From contig NW_018405583.1 in NCBI RefSeq assembly GCF_002113885.1, positions 384,781-448,780 on the forward strand: a DNA stretch of 64,000 nt, given 5' to 3'. This stretch comes from Mizuhopecten yessoensis. Lineage: Eukaryota. The notes under the pieces are model-generated. The model was not told the origin of the DNA. It made no database searches and saw only the letters and a list, made by a program, of their open reading frames with translations. Made by a program: the position numbers and the translations under genes. Positions 14,618 through 27,524 of this stretch are shown one piece after another (position 1 is the first letter of the stretch; every line of letters begins with the position of its first letter).

Positions 14618-15091
14618 TCATTCAAACGTTATTATATAGATAGAGTCACATCAAAACCTGTTCGTGGTTGAGCAGATGGTTTGGGTTATAAACAGTATCA
14701 TTGCACACCTCCCTACAATAAAGATAGACAAGTGTGGGTGGACGTTGGGGATGTCTTTCTAAAACCACTTCTTCAAAAGGTCTTGTCGCGACCTGCAAGT
14801 CCACAGAGTACGAACATTTCATTTTATATCCGTAGTGGCAGAGACGAAAAACAACTCATTCAAACGTTATTATATAGATAGAGTCACATCAAAACCTGTT
14901 CGTGGTTGAGCAGATGGTTTGGGTTATAAACAGTAACATTGCACACCTCCCTACAATAAAGATAGACAAGTGTGGGTGGACGTTGGGGATGTCTTTCTAA
15001 AACCACTTCTTCAAAAGGTCTTGTCGCGACCTGCAAGTCCACAGAGTACGAACATTTCATTTTATATCCGTAGTGGCAGAGACGAAAAACA
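14618..15091. repeat. 238-bp direct tandem duplication (2 copies)
   Basis: TCATTCAAACGTTATTATATAGATAGAGTCAC... repeats at 14618 and 14856. Confidence 0.92.
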
Positions 15092-15483
15092 TGTCGGTTC
15101 CGTTGATTCAACATTATACACTCGGTGAAATTGTTCACATATATTTTTCGAATGACATATATTTCGTATTGGTTTAACTTGAGATAACTTCGTCAAAAAA
15201 TGTACAGTTTTAGTATATATTAATATGTGATGGCGGATTTATATGGCAGTCAAAAGTCAGGAGTTGTTCTCGTCCGCTTAGCCCAATTGGCTTGTAAACT
15301 TCGGGTTATCAAATGTTGAAGCCTGTAGCGCGCTTATATCCCATTTAAAATAGCAAGGCATTTTTTACTTTTTTTATCTATGAATCTAGACAGCTGTCCC
15401 AAGTGTTGAACTTCCTCTGTTAAAGGTCTTTGGTTAAAAGCTAGGAAGTAACTTATAGAAAATGATTAAGTTGTACGAGTCCT

Positions 15484-18400
15484 TTATAGAGAATAAATGT
15501 GAAAAGTTGAATTTAATGCTGAAAAGGGAACAGAAGAGTCCGAAGAATCTTTCAATTTCATCTCCTTCTTTGTGTTATCCCATGTGAGGCACATGCCTGT
15601 TTATAAACAAATAAAAAGAATGAATCACTTTACATACATGTAGCACCTACTTCAAAATTCGAAATCGATGCCAAAAGCCAAACAAAGTTAACATTTACTT
15701 CAACATTTCGTCCATTCAGGACGACTCATCAGACGTTCTAAAGATCACATGAACAAAAACCCATATCCTAAGTATTTAAAAACATATACAGAAATATCGC
15801 TTAAGGGGAATGGTATATATATAAACTTTTATTATGTAACTATCGTATAGCTTTTAGATTCATTTCTTTTACAAAATTTCATTTAAACCACTCTAGAATA
15901 AATTTCAGCGCTAACTTAACGGTCAACATCGGTAGCACAGATAGTCTATTTGTCAGATAATGATGTATATTTTTATGTTAAATCGATGAGATAATGGGGA
16001 AATATGAACAAACGAACGATTTACATGGAGATTCGTAAAAGGATAAGGAAAAAAGACCAGGTGTTCCAGAAGGAAAAGCGTCTTCTACTTCATCGACCGC
16101 ACTTGTGTAAATCTAGATCAGATCTAAATAATGTCACTTTCTATAATAGATAAAGAGGTCGAGAAGGAATGTCTTTTCCCGCACCACAAACGTTATCAAA
16201 TGATTTGAATTTACATGAACGGCTTCAGTGCATATTTTTCTGCTGAAGTGTTTTAATTGAAAGTCAAAAGTACCTTTTATAGGCCATATTTGACAGGTCA
16301 ACTTACCTTTTAAGATGACAGATTCAAACATATATTCATTTTTTTCCCTCACGTTCTTCAATTTCAAGAGGAAAAACCTAGGATCAGCTTCTTGTAAAGA
16401 CGTCATCGATGTTATGTCCTCCGAGCCAACGGGGCAATTCTTCGTTTTGAAAGAGAAAATTACATTTTGTTATCAATTAATGTTTACATATAGAACCATC
16501 ATGTGAATTAAGGTAGTTGTTTGCTCATCGGGCCAGTATAGCCGTGCACAACATCTGATAATGTGTATCATGCAACTGCTCATTTGTAAAAATAAATTGG
16601 AACAGGCAAGGAATGAAAATGAGAATACTGCTTTAATGGCTGGGACGCGCTCACTAGTATATCAACGTTGAGCGTGGTCAGGGGCTTGATGGTTGCCTGT
16701 TCGCATGTTACAAAACTATGAAAACCAAATTTACCTCATTACCTAAATGATGTTCATTCATTTAGTTGCATTTTGTACGAAGTTTGTTGTGTGACATTTT
16801 TGAAAGTTAAGATATTTCAATCAGATAGTGCCTGTGTCTAATGTTATCCATCATGCAATGATAACACCTGTCAAATCAAGGAAAGCATACCGGTTGCTAC
16901 TATAATTTATATTTAACATAAATCAGTCTAAGTTACTATGTTAAGTTTCTCTTAATTTATAATTAATCACTTAAATTAGTTACATGCAGATTACATGAAT
17001 AATTACATTGGGTTCGAGATCACTTTCCCTAAGTTAAATACTAGCACTTAATTGTTTTTTAACAGTCGATTTAAGATAATATGTATCTGTTATCAACATG
17101 AAACTTACCGAGAGGTCAACAGACGACCGGTTTTTGACTGAAACGTACTTCTCCGTTCCTACCGGCTGCAGAATACATAGGAAGCAACTTTGATTTTCAC
17201 TATGCTGTTTTTGAAAACCATGAAATATACTTTTTCTGAAATGAACTGAAAGAAAATAAATTTTGTTTTTGCCATTACTGCTTTTTCAGCTTTAAGAAAT
17301 ATGGTCTCTGCATTCTGTCATCATTCAAGTAAATCGAAAGTTATAGTATCATGTGTTTTGTTATATGTTCCTTTATTTAAATATAGATAACAAAGTTACC
17401 AACTTCAATATTGATTGAGCCTCAATATTACTTTTTGTTCCCAATTAGAACTGTCTAACACAGAATTGACATATATTTGAGACTATTATGAAGGAATGCC
17501 TCATCACATGTTGGTCTGGTTTTTAATTGCTATCAACTCAACCAAACAAAAACACAAACAATAAATAAAAAATATATAGAACATTTGAAATAGCGAAATA
17601 CTATATAACCAACAAACCCCGGCTAAATAGCTAGACAACTAGGCCATTGAAGCCTGAGGTAATGTGATATATTACATGATGTGTCGGTTCGGGAAGGGAG
17701 ATTACTCATGGTCAGCTTTCCGTCTGTCCCACATTCCAGGTAAAGCTGGGATATCGGCGTGTCTATAGCTATCAGACATACATCTGTCCCCTTATGATGT
17801 ATACAGTAGACAGCGGAAAAACCAGAGAATCTGCTCAAAATTGTGGTTCTTGTAAACAAAGCAAAAGCTGAGCCACCACCTACAAAACACAACCAGTCTT
17901 ATTTTTTTAAACGGTTTATATCTTCTGTAATTAACAGAATTAAATATCATTTAAAAGGTCCAGCTGCACCATTGTGCATACAGACCAGGAGTTGAACTTT
18001 AGATTAACTTTTTTCGACTTTAAGCATTTTCCTTTTTTTATATTACACATTTAATGGTACTCTTATCTTAATGCATATATTACAAAGTAGTAAAACGTGA
18101 TGTTGTCACTGAAAATCACATATTTTCCCAATTGAATTATGTATGTAATATTATAGGCCTTAAACATGCATTTTATTCAATATTTTCATTAAAGATATCT
18201 ATTCCTTTTTGGTTCTCTCTGCAAATATTCAAAAACAAAATCTAATTTACGAAAGATGTTTATTATGGCATAAATATTTTTCTATTCAGATAATTTAAAA
18301 AAGATCTATGAAATTAAAATCTCTCGTTCACGATGATGAAAGTTTACCCCGAGATATCAAATAGTCCACCTCTATTTCAAAGGTCGTAACGGTGTCTTTA

Positions 18401-21400
18401 TCTGCATCGGTCCATTCTTTTCTTTCAATTACCTATAATTAGAAAAATTCTTATAAGAGACGAGACATAGTTGTGTAGTTGGAGCGGTTTTAGGATGTCC
18501 TATAAGAGATGAGTTGTAGTTGTGCGCTTGTAAGGATTTAAGGATGTCATATCAGAAATGAGACATAGTTGTGTAGTTGGAGGGGTTTTATGATATCCTA
18601 TAAGAAATGAGACAAAGATGTGCAGTTGAAGTGGTTTAAGGATGTCATATAAGAAATGAGGTATAGTTGTGTAGTTGGAGGGGTTTTATGATGTCCTATA
18701 AGAAATGAGACAAAGTTGTGCAGATGAAGTGGTTTTAGGATGTCCTATAAGAAATAAGGCATAGTTGTGCAGTTGGAACAGTTTAAGAATGTCTTATAAG
18801 AGAAGAGTTATAGTTGTGTGTGTAGTTGGAACGGTTTCAGGATGTCCTATGAGAGATGGGGTATACTTGTGTAGTTAGAGAAGTTTTAACCAACCCAATA
18901 ATGTTGACCAATACTTTAATTGAGTGGAGACACTCATTCTCTTGTTTCCAAATATAATCACAGGCTTGGCGGTAAAACTACGTTATTGAGCAAAGTACCA
19001 TTTTAACGCTCGTCTCAATTCCGTCCCAACAAGTAGGTATAACACTGTATGAAAATACCTCATTAGAGCGGATATCAATCATGTCAAGTATCCTGAACAC
19101 TGAACCTCGTTGAATATGATGAGGCTTTCATCATAATAACTGTAGTCACTTTGGACTAAAATATAAATTTTACCCTTATTGTATACATAGGCGTATATTG
19201 TCGTGACAGTCTTATTATCATATATAGACAGGCAGAAAATAACAAACCAGACATGGCCCAATTGAAATTAGACCACCTGTCCCATGGTTACTTAAGGATT
19301 TTGTACCGCTACAAAAAAAACTGTCAATATGTAATGGAATGTGTTTTCCCAGCATGGCTACAGCTTTGATAGATTATTACTGAAACGAACCCCATGCCTG
19401 GCGGGTATTTAATGCAAAACAAGGGATGATGAAATAAACTATATATAATCGACAACAGTGTATGAATGTAAAAATACAAAGTGGTAATTGAATTCTGGAC
19501 CTCAGGTTGTTATAATGTCGCTCTAACCAATAAACGAACGTGTTTGTTTACCAATAGCACAGCAGCTATATCTAAAACAAACTTAAAGATAGGTTACTGT
19601 GTATACAAAAAAGGAACCCTGGTGGAATTTTCAGTGTTTTGCATTCGATGGAACAGGAATGCTCAAGTGGTAAGATTTAAAAGTTCTTTGGGATACAAGG
19701 ATATATGGACATGTAAATCGTCAACTTCACTCTCGTGCGTTCTAGCATTCGATCAGAGCTTAATCTCAAACAGCAGCGGCGATAAGCTATTATTAATACA
19801 CAATGACCAATCAAATTTGTTGTAGCAAACACATCCACATAAACCGCCCATTATTAACAACAAACAGACTACACATTAGGTCATGATTACAAGCGTTGCA
19901 GACGCTCTCCCTAGAAACAAATTATTTTGATCATGGGAACATCAGAAATGGTAAAAACGCAACGAAAATAAAATCTTAAAAAAAGAGAAAGTAAAATATG
20001 AAAAAAGTGAAAGGTTCAAGAAAAACTGAAACAAAACGGCCCTCATAATATAAATACTAAGCCAAACCTCCTATAAAATGTAGTTTGCTATAATTACAAT
20101 GGACAGACGACTTCGTTCTGGGTGAAACATCTGTTGGAGAAACTCCACAACTTCATGATGTTCCCTGCAGCTTACAGCGATGTTATTGATGGCTAAGAGT
20201 TTGTCATTTTCCCTGTAAGATAATTTAAAGAAAAAACATAAATTCATATGTAAAAACGCCTTTCATAAATGAGAAAATTGTTCTACAACTAATCCCGGCA
20301 TTCTAACTAGGTAGAATTGTCTTTTATTGAGGACACCTTTGTCTCGTCTTTGCATTGGTTAATGCAAATGAGCATTTACTTTTGGCGAACGTTTTACGTT
20401 CCGATATCAAATGTCCTCAACAGAAAAGAACCATGTCTTCAGAATTTTTTTCAAAAGTACTAAAAACATATTAGTTTTTATTGTTATACTTATGAGAAAT
20501 GCTCATGTGTAACATTCACATATAAATAATGAAATGAAATTTTCATTTAGTTTATATTTCAATTAAAAGAAAAAGAAAAAATTCCAATGTTTGTTTGCTA
20601 TTTACAAGGTTAAATGTATCATATCGGACACTAGATAACATTACAATCAACGCAAATCAAAACTGATAATACGCTTAGCACTACGAAAGTCTTGGACAGT
20701 TATAGCCGTATGATTGGTGAGTTAGACAATACTTGATAATTTGACATGAAGATAGTGTGCTAGTAAGAGGGTTTCCTAGTATAAAAAGTATTATTCAGGC
20801 ACTCAAATAACAACGAAAATGTAACTAAGCAAAATGGCAAATGATATCAAAGGTATCCGGAAATGACGACATAGCATCGGCATATAAATTGCATAATGGA
20901 AAAACGGCAACTGACACCATTTACTCACGTTAGTTGTAATTCGGAAACTATGTAGTTATTTAAATCCAGTTCTACGATCCTAAATCCGGATTCACTTTGC
21001 TTAATCTTGAATCCAGCTTCCACTAACTCTCCAGCAGCCGTCTTGATCCAAATATCTGACTTTTTCCCACACAACCCATCGGTTTCTTTTACTTTATCCT
21101 TCAAAAAAAATCGAGACGTAGATTTCTTCCATTTGTATAAAAATTTGTATAACGTTTAAATCGTATACTGTGCAGATTGAAAATCAAAGAAATATTTATA
21201 AAAGGCAGGTTTCCACAGTTTTTCTCGTTGGGATTGCCCCAGCTGATAGCGCAAAGCCTTTTACCAAGACGGGTTCGGACATGAAAAGGTATGGGTCACC
21301 TTCCCAACCAAACATGTTTTCTCCGGACACTCCGGATTCCCCCAACATTAAGACCCCTTGCGTGCTTCCATGTACACTTTGGGCAACAAATGTGACCATA

Positions 21401-21934
21401 ATAGCTGATTGTTTTCTTTTCATATTTTTTTGTAAAATAAATAAACTTATAATTTAACTTACATCACATGCATACAGTCGTGTCAAATATAGATATGATC
21501 TCATATAGTTAATTTTACAATTCCATACGGAGCAGGATAAGGGTTTTTATAACTTTTAAGAGCTCTGAGAATGACGCATACACACCTTGACAAAAGTCAC
21601 AGCTTTGTGTGGTTTATAAAAAAGTGGACATGTTAACGGGTTTGGTTTTAGAGTCCGAGACTAAAACATGTACACTTAAACTTAAAAATGACTAGTTTGT
21701 TGTTTGGCTGGCAGACACGGAAGTCCGTCTGACTATCTTTTATATGTCATACAGATTGCTCATTAAAAGGAAAATAATCTGTCTTTGTGCAATTATCATC
21801 CATTTCGTATGAATTCTAACTTTATGATAGCATCGAGTGCCAAGTAATTGATTAGGCCAATATCTTACCTTAATCGATGTATCGGAAGGTAGCTTGTTGT
21901 GATCTGATACAGGATAGTGTAAAATGCCACCCAT
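15484..21934 (-). CDS. PDZ + IL-1-like beta-trefoil protein, type 1 copy A (8 coding exons, 340 aa)
   Basis: Exons (minus): 21934-21869, 21098-20929, 20212-20098, 18432-18348, 17879-17676, 17245-17109, 16439-16307, 15596-15484. All introns are GT-AG with compatible phases (0,2,0,1,1,0,1), giving a 1023-nt open frame. Protein: MGGILHYPVSDHNKLPSDTSIKDKVKETDGLCGKKSDIWIKTAAGELVEAGFKIKQSESGFRIVELDLNNYIVSELQLTENDKLLAINNIAVSCREHHEVVEFLQQMFHPERSRLSIVIERKEWTDADKDTVTTFEIEVDYLISRGGGSAFALFTRTTILSRFSGFSAVYCIHHKGTDVCLIAIDTPISQLYLECGTDGKLTMSNLPSRTDTSFHFRKSIFHGFQKQHSENQSCFLCILQPVGTEKYVSVKNRSSVDLSNCPVGSEDITSMTSLQEADPRFFLLKLKNVREKNEYMFESVILKGMCLTWDNTKKEMKLKDSSDSSVPFSALNSTFHIYSL*. PDZ hallmarks: AGFKI loop and NDKLLAINN..V....HHEVVEFL. 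IL-1 hallmark: DPRFF...YMFESVILKGMCL. Confidence 0.85.
18460..18885. repeat. ~49-bp minisatellite in a type-1A intron
   Basis: Units like GAGACATAGTTGTGTAGTTGGAGGGGTTTTATGATATCCTATAAGAAAT. Confidence 0.9.
21228..21372 (+). mobile_element. Degenerate copy of the SINE at 29223-29440 (also at about 51458-51600)
   Basis: Shares GGGTCACC..CC.AAC..GTTTTCTCCGG.CACTC.GG.TTCC..C.ACATTAAGA.CCC with the intact copy. Confidence 0.7.
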
Positions 21935-23109
21935 TGCTGCAATATATATATATATATATAGTATTACAATTTTAACCTTAAAAATAAAAAGTAAAATAGG
22001 TGAATTGCATAAATATATCGAAAGGAAAATGAGCAGCCCTTGACGCTTGAACCGCATCATATTTCTGTACCTGTTGTTATTCTTTTCTATATATTAACTA
22101 TCAGGTGGATGTTTGATGGTTTTAGATATTACCAAGGTCGATACGGACTCAAAACCGAACCGAAGGAAAATCAAAACGGGAAGAAAAATAGCAATACTAT
22201 CACCCAAAGGAAATTCGTCATGAATTACAAAGCCTCACAGGCAAAACTGGTTGTTAGGTTGTTCAATTAGGTTTCCCGTCATGGGGTAGGTTTTCAACGA
22301 TTTTAGACACGGAAACAATATTCCTTAAGTAACGTCAACGACCCAGTGTTCTACGCCGGTAAGTAACCATCGTATAAGCAAATCACGGGCGCATCATGTA
22401 AAGATTATAAAGCGCGAAATAAAGGATTTGAAAATTTTCTTTACATCTTATCTGAGATAACAAATCGCTATACAAGAAAATATCAGCCGCCAATTTAAAA
22501 AAAAGCAAATAAATTCTAAATAATAATGTGGTGAAATAAGATACAATCTTGAATCTCAAAAAGCCACACCGTCCGATAAGTAGAACGCCCAGTAGTCCCT
22601 CGTCGTTACACTGTCTAGACTCCAATTCAAAATTCTAGCTGGTCGTCCGGCGAATGCCCCGGTAAGCACAAATCGAGCAGCCCCTCGGTGAACATCTCAA
22701 TGATTAATTAAACTAGTTCTGACCGTTTTAACGATCATGTGAGGCATTGCGATGGTGACTCTGGTCAAACCGAGGTAAATATATTTGTCATCAACTATCT
22801 AGGACTAAGGCAGCATGTCTTTAAAAATATTTTTATTGAAATTTGAATAGGGTTAGGATGACGATCGTTAAATTGCCTCCTCTTTTCATTTTCAAAATAA
22901 AAAATTATAGTGACAATGCGGTAACAAAATGTAATTTGTTTCGACACCCCTCCTTTTTATCAAGACATAAACATGAAATCTTTATATCGATATTTAAAAA
23001 CAAAAACAGTATAAATACGTTATCATACCAATAAGACATGAACATGTAAAATAACGTATGCGATTAATTAAACATACCTCATTAAAAATATTCACCATTC
23101 ACCGATAGT

Positions 23110-23156
23110 GGGAAATTTCCGCAGAGTCAAATAATTGCCCTTCGCCGGGAAAATCC
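23110..23156. promoter_or_regulatory. Two NF-kappaB-like sites in the 5' intron of type 1A
   Basis: GGGAAATTTCC (23110-23120) and GGGAAAATCC (23147-23156). The second is conserved in copy B (53309-53318); the first is mutated there. Confidence 0.45.
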
Positions 23157-23763
23157 ATATCCGCCCAATGTTTTGGTTGTTAGTGTGATCGCATTGAAAC
23201 TATTATGGTTGGGTAGCCCTGGGTTCAGGAAAATAAAATATCCCTACAGAGTTGTCAGATACCACTGTGTTAGGAAGTAAATATAGGTCTAGTAAACAAA
23301 GACAAGGAACTTCGTAAAACTTACCTGTGTAAACTAGCTATCATTATCACTACCTTACAAGATTCATACAGAAACACATGGAAGGCTCTATACAATGACG
23401 GCGTTAACAAGGTAGCTCAAACGGTTAGTGCTAAAGTATAACAATCTGTGGTCCAGGATTCGCATCCTGAATGCAGGAATGTTTACACTCAGAACACTTA
23501 GTTGTTAACTAATTTTTCATTAATTACCTTGGTGTTTATAAATATAATGATATACGATCATGATAAATTAGCACGATCACACAGTGGACGGAACTTTGCT
23601 ATAGAACAATTTTAGAAATAAACTCACATTGTCATAGAAAGAAAGAAAAAATACCGAGACGTATTATTCACAAACACTATCCAATAGGTACGAATGTGCC
23701 CTTATGAAATAAGTTATGTATTTCATGTGTTACCATGTTGTGGTGATATATAAGGACACTTAC

Positions 23764-23840
23764 CGTGCTTTTTCTCCACCTCCTAGAAAATTGAATCGGA
23801 ACTCGTTTGAAACGAACCTTACGAATAAATACTTCCTGGT
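23764..23840 (-). other. Putative non-coding first exon of type 1A (copy B: about 53922-54000)
   Basis: Strong donor CACG|GTAAGT conserved in both copies; ETS-like CAGGAAGT just upstream. The 5' end is uncertain. Confidence 0.45.
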
Positions 23841-24674
23841 TTTAATAATAAAAAAAAAATACTTGTGCCTGTGTCTGTTGATTCTTAATTCAAAATACAA
23901 CACACCTCTGTATCAGGTAGTATTATCAATGTACCCAGCGACTTCGTATATGGTATGTTGTAGTTTACTATGTAATGTTCTATTAAGTATTAAATACCTT
24001 AAGTGTTCTCATCAAAATTCCCTGGGGGTGGGGGTTCCATGTTGGGGAAAATTGAGGGAAAATGGTGAAAGTGAAAATACATGATTTCAAAAGAAAATTC
24101 GCAAGGTGGGATGGTTTCCTGAAGCCAAAGNTTTAAGTTGGTGTACAAAGGACATTGGAAAACAAAAACATTCTGAAAAGAAACTCAGAATTATAAAATT
24201 TATTACTTACGATAAGACAATGATCCATATATGCCGACCTATAAACAACCCTTTGTTTATCTATAACGGTAGTTGACATGTCTATTGTTATCACTGTGTA
24301 TCATTGTGTTAGCGGATAATGACACCAGGATTGATATCAACGTCCCTTATCTGTTTCGTCATAAAGTTGAGCAGTACATTTTAAACACATTTATAACGTG
24401 TCGTCAAATTGTTTTTTACGGTCAATAAATTTGATATTAAGCACTCAAATTTTATCATTTACTTTCTTTATTGATATGATAATTATGTATGCTAATTATT
24501 TTTATGAATTTTGAAGTGTCAATAAAGTCATTTTACATGTACATATATAGCAGACTCACTCAATAGCACATCCGCATATTCAAATCAGCACTTTGTCGTC
24601 CTTGTAATCCTCCCCCTCCTCCTCCTTATTCCATCTTTCATAATAAAATCTTCATTAACATATCATTGGTTGAG

Positions 24675-24705
<31 letters not shown>

Positions 24706-24706
24706 G
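24675..24706. repeat. (CAT)n microsatellite
   Basis: About 10 TCA units. Confidence 0.9.
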
Positions 24707-27524
24707 AATTATTAGAATAGCCAAAGTAAGTGTAGCATGTCCACTGTAAAAAATGCCACTTACACTGAGAAAGTTAGATTTTACTAGTGAAGGGCGAATA
24801 TTCCACCGAACACATTTGTTACCACAGACGTGTTTCGTACACTATTTTGTGTTAGGTAAAAAGTGCTATTTTTTTGTATTAAGATTATTTTTATATCTTT
24901 ATTATTGGACTTGTTCCCCTTTTAACTAGTTTGCTTATTAAGATGTTAATAGCAATGTATTTATCCAGTTAATTTGTATCTTTTTCATATTTTTCTAATT
25001 TAGTTACAATGTAAACTATACAAATATATCAGTTTTAAGTATCAACCTGTGAAGCTTGTATAGTTTTCTTCATTTATAAATTACTTTCCGAAACTATATT
25101 AGTCTTCTCCCTTGGTTTAATCATTTGTATACATAACCATTAGTTTAGGACAGTATACAATGAAATGTTAATTTTATCCCTCTGGGTAATCTATAAATCA
25201 ACATAAACCCAGTTTACTTTACATATACGAATTATAATAACGAACGAAGACTATTTCAAATAATCAATTAGTAAGCAAACAGTAATCGAGAAATATAAAA
25301 TAAAGTCTTTTTGATTGATTTTTCGTTTTTATTATACAACCAATGAAACATATAAAACTGAACAATCAATACGCTAAACATAAATGAAATGCATATTTTA
25401 ACCATTTTACAAACTTAATTTAACAATCATATTAACAAGAAAACGTCTCACCTGAATAAAATACATAATAATAAACCCTTCTAAAACTCAAGCACGAGTT
25501 CTGGCCTTAATTCGGGCAACACCCTGAAGTACGTTACATACTGACAAAACGCATAGTCTTTAGACAACGATATCGGTTTTAATGTTTCCAAAGCCTTCAA
25601 ATTGTAGGGAAAAAGTGTTAAAATTGATAACTGAAATTGTGTGTGAGAATGCAGGCCTGGATTTACTTTAAATGTGTAATGAAATGGAAATTCCCCAAAG
25701 CTCCTATATATATATATACAATACACACAATACACTTACTTTTATTGTAAATTGAGGAAAAAGGTGGAAAGAAAATGTTACGTGTATCACAAAGACATTA
25801 GTGGTAGTGAGACAATGTATGGTATGATAAAATCGCAATGGTCCATCAACAGAAAATGTATAAGAACTCAGTAGAAAACAGACAAAAGGCTTTGTGTCAG
25901 AAGAGACATGGCAATTCAAAGAAGGATAGACAAGGGGATAAAACGGGAGGGGGGGGGAACGATTCAGACAGAAACCTCTTTTTTATGTCTTAAATGAATC
26001 CTAGTTAGGGGGTACTAGAGAAAAACCCTACTTCTGAAACGCCTTTTGATAGGTGCTTCCATACAGTTTTGCAGTGTGTTAGAGAAGGATTAGCATTCCC
26101 GAAATCTGCACAGATAATATATTAATATATACATGGGAGTACACATGAAAGTTCTAGAAACTTGTATATATACTTTACGTCTCAATACAATTGTTAATTC
26201 TAGTTTAACAGAACAGGAGGCAGTCTTTGAGATGTACGGTTAAGGTGTATTACAATTTGTTTAAAAACATCAAATAGTATATGAGATAAAGCTGAATATA
26301 TAGAATTTCTGCTTTTGGACAAAACATTTTTATGTTACAAAATTTAGAAATTGATTTCGGTACAATTAATGGTTTCCTTCGACTCTTTCATATACATGTA
26401 CATTCACACTGGCAAATCTTTTCGCACTTCCCTTAGTTACAACAGTGACATAACTCCAGGTCTGTAGCACTTATCTCCCCTCGTACGTCGACTTGTACAA
26501 TCTCTACGCAGAGTTGTCGTTCCTTTTCAATTAAAGGGATTGCAAGGACCGTAACTCTACGTGGAGATTTGGACTCGTAAAGAGGGATATAAACTTATTT
26601 GAGTTATTGCCCTTCTTTACCATCATCTTAGTGTGTCTCAGACCACAGAATAAGATTATCTGAGTCCGTTGTTGTGAGACTCATCAAGTCATGTCAATCT
26701 AATTTCCTTATGCGTCGGTACATGGTTAAATACACAAAAATGTTAAAGTCGGCTGTGAAAACGATGGATCAAAAAGTTAAAAAAAAAAAACACAAAAAAA
26801 ACGTATGAGCATTGAAAACAATATACGTAAACATTAATGTATGTTGCTATAAATACATTGCCGGGGCAACTGTTTACATGTAGGTCACACATGGGTTTTA
26901 AACATTGATTCAAGTTTATAGTGTAATGTGACATTATTGCAGTTTTTGGACAATGATGCAGTGAAAATAAATGTATCGGTCGTTGTATATATATAGATTG
27001 ATCTAGGTCATCAACGAAGACATGGAGGGTACGAATGTTTGTTAATAAAAGATTGAGATGAGTAATTTATGGCTGATGAGTTTGTTCGTTTTACAAGGGA
27101 TATACTATACATACATTATATTATACATTTTATTATATTGGTAGTACATGTATATATATAGTATTCACCGTGTAGATAATACACATATGCATGTATTCCA
27201 AGTGGTAATACATTTATTATATTCTATAGATAAATATAGTCACGTAATTTATTGATGCACATGATACATACGTGGTGTATGCGTACATATACATACACGA
27301 TTCTGCTATAAATACAAGTACATCTCCAGTTAGAATGCATCAATTGTGTAAATAATAATTTATACTAAAGTCAAGTTACACAATATGAATGACTTGACAG
27401 CATCAGGATGACATACACATGAGTCGGTTAGAATAATACATGTAAACATTGCCTGTAACTAGGGCATAAGTTTAATAAGAATATATTCAAAACAGTATAC
27501 AGTATCCATGTATACTATTAGTTA

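Larger units (their letters stand above)
3603..24013. repeat. Segmental tandem duplication, copy A (homologous to about 31742-54921)
   Basis: Colinear exons, introns, minisatellites and SINE remnants, with many substitutions and copy-specific insertions. Homology ends near 24013/54921. Confidence 0.92.

Noticed and set aside
19481-19825. 114-aa plus-strand ORF partly conserved in copy B (49776-50138)
   Set aside because: Intronic antisense sequence; start and stop differ between copies, and the similarity is explained by the duplication.
21196-21423. 75-aa minus-strand ORF inside type 1A
   Set aside because: Antisense of a decayed SINE; frameshifted in copy B.
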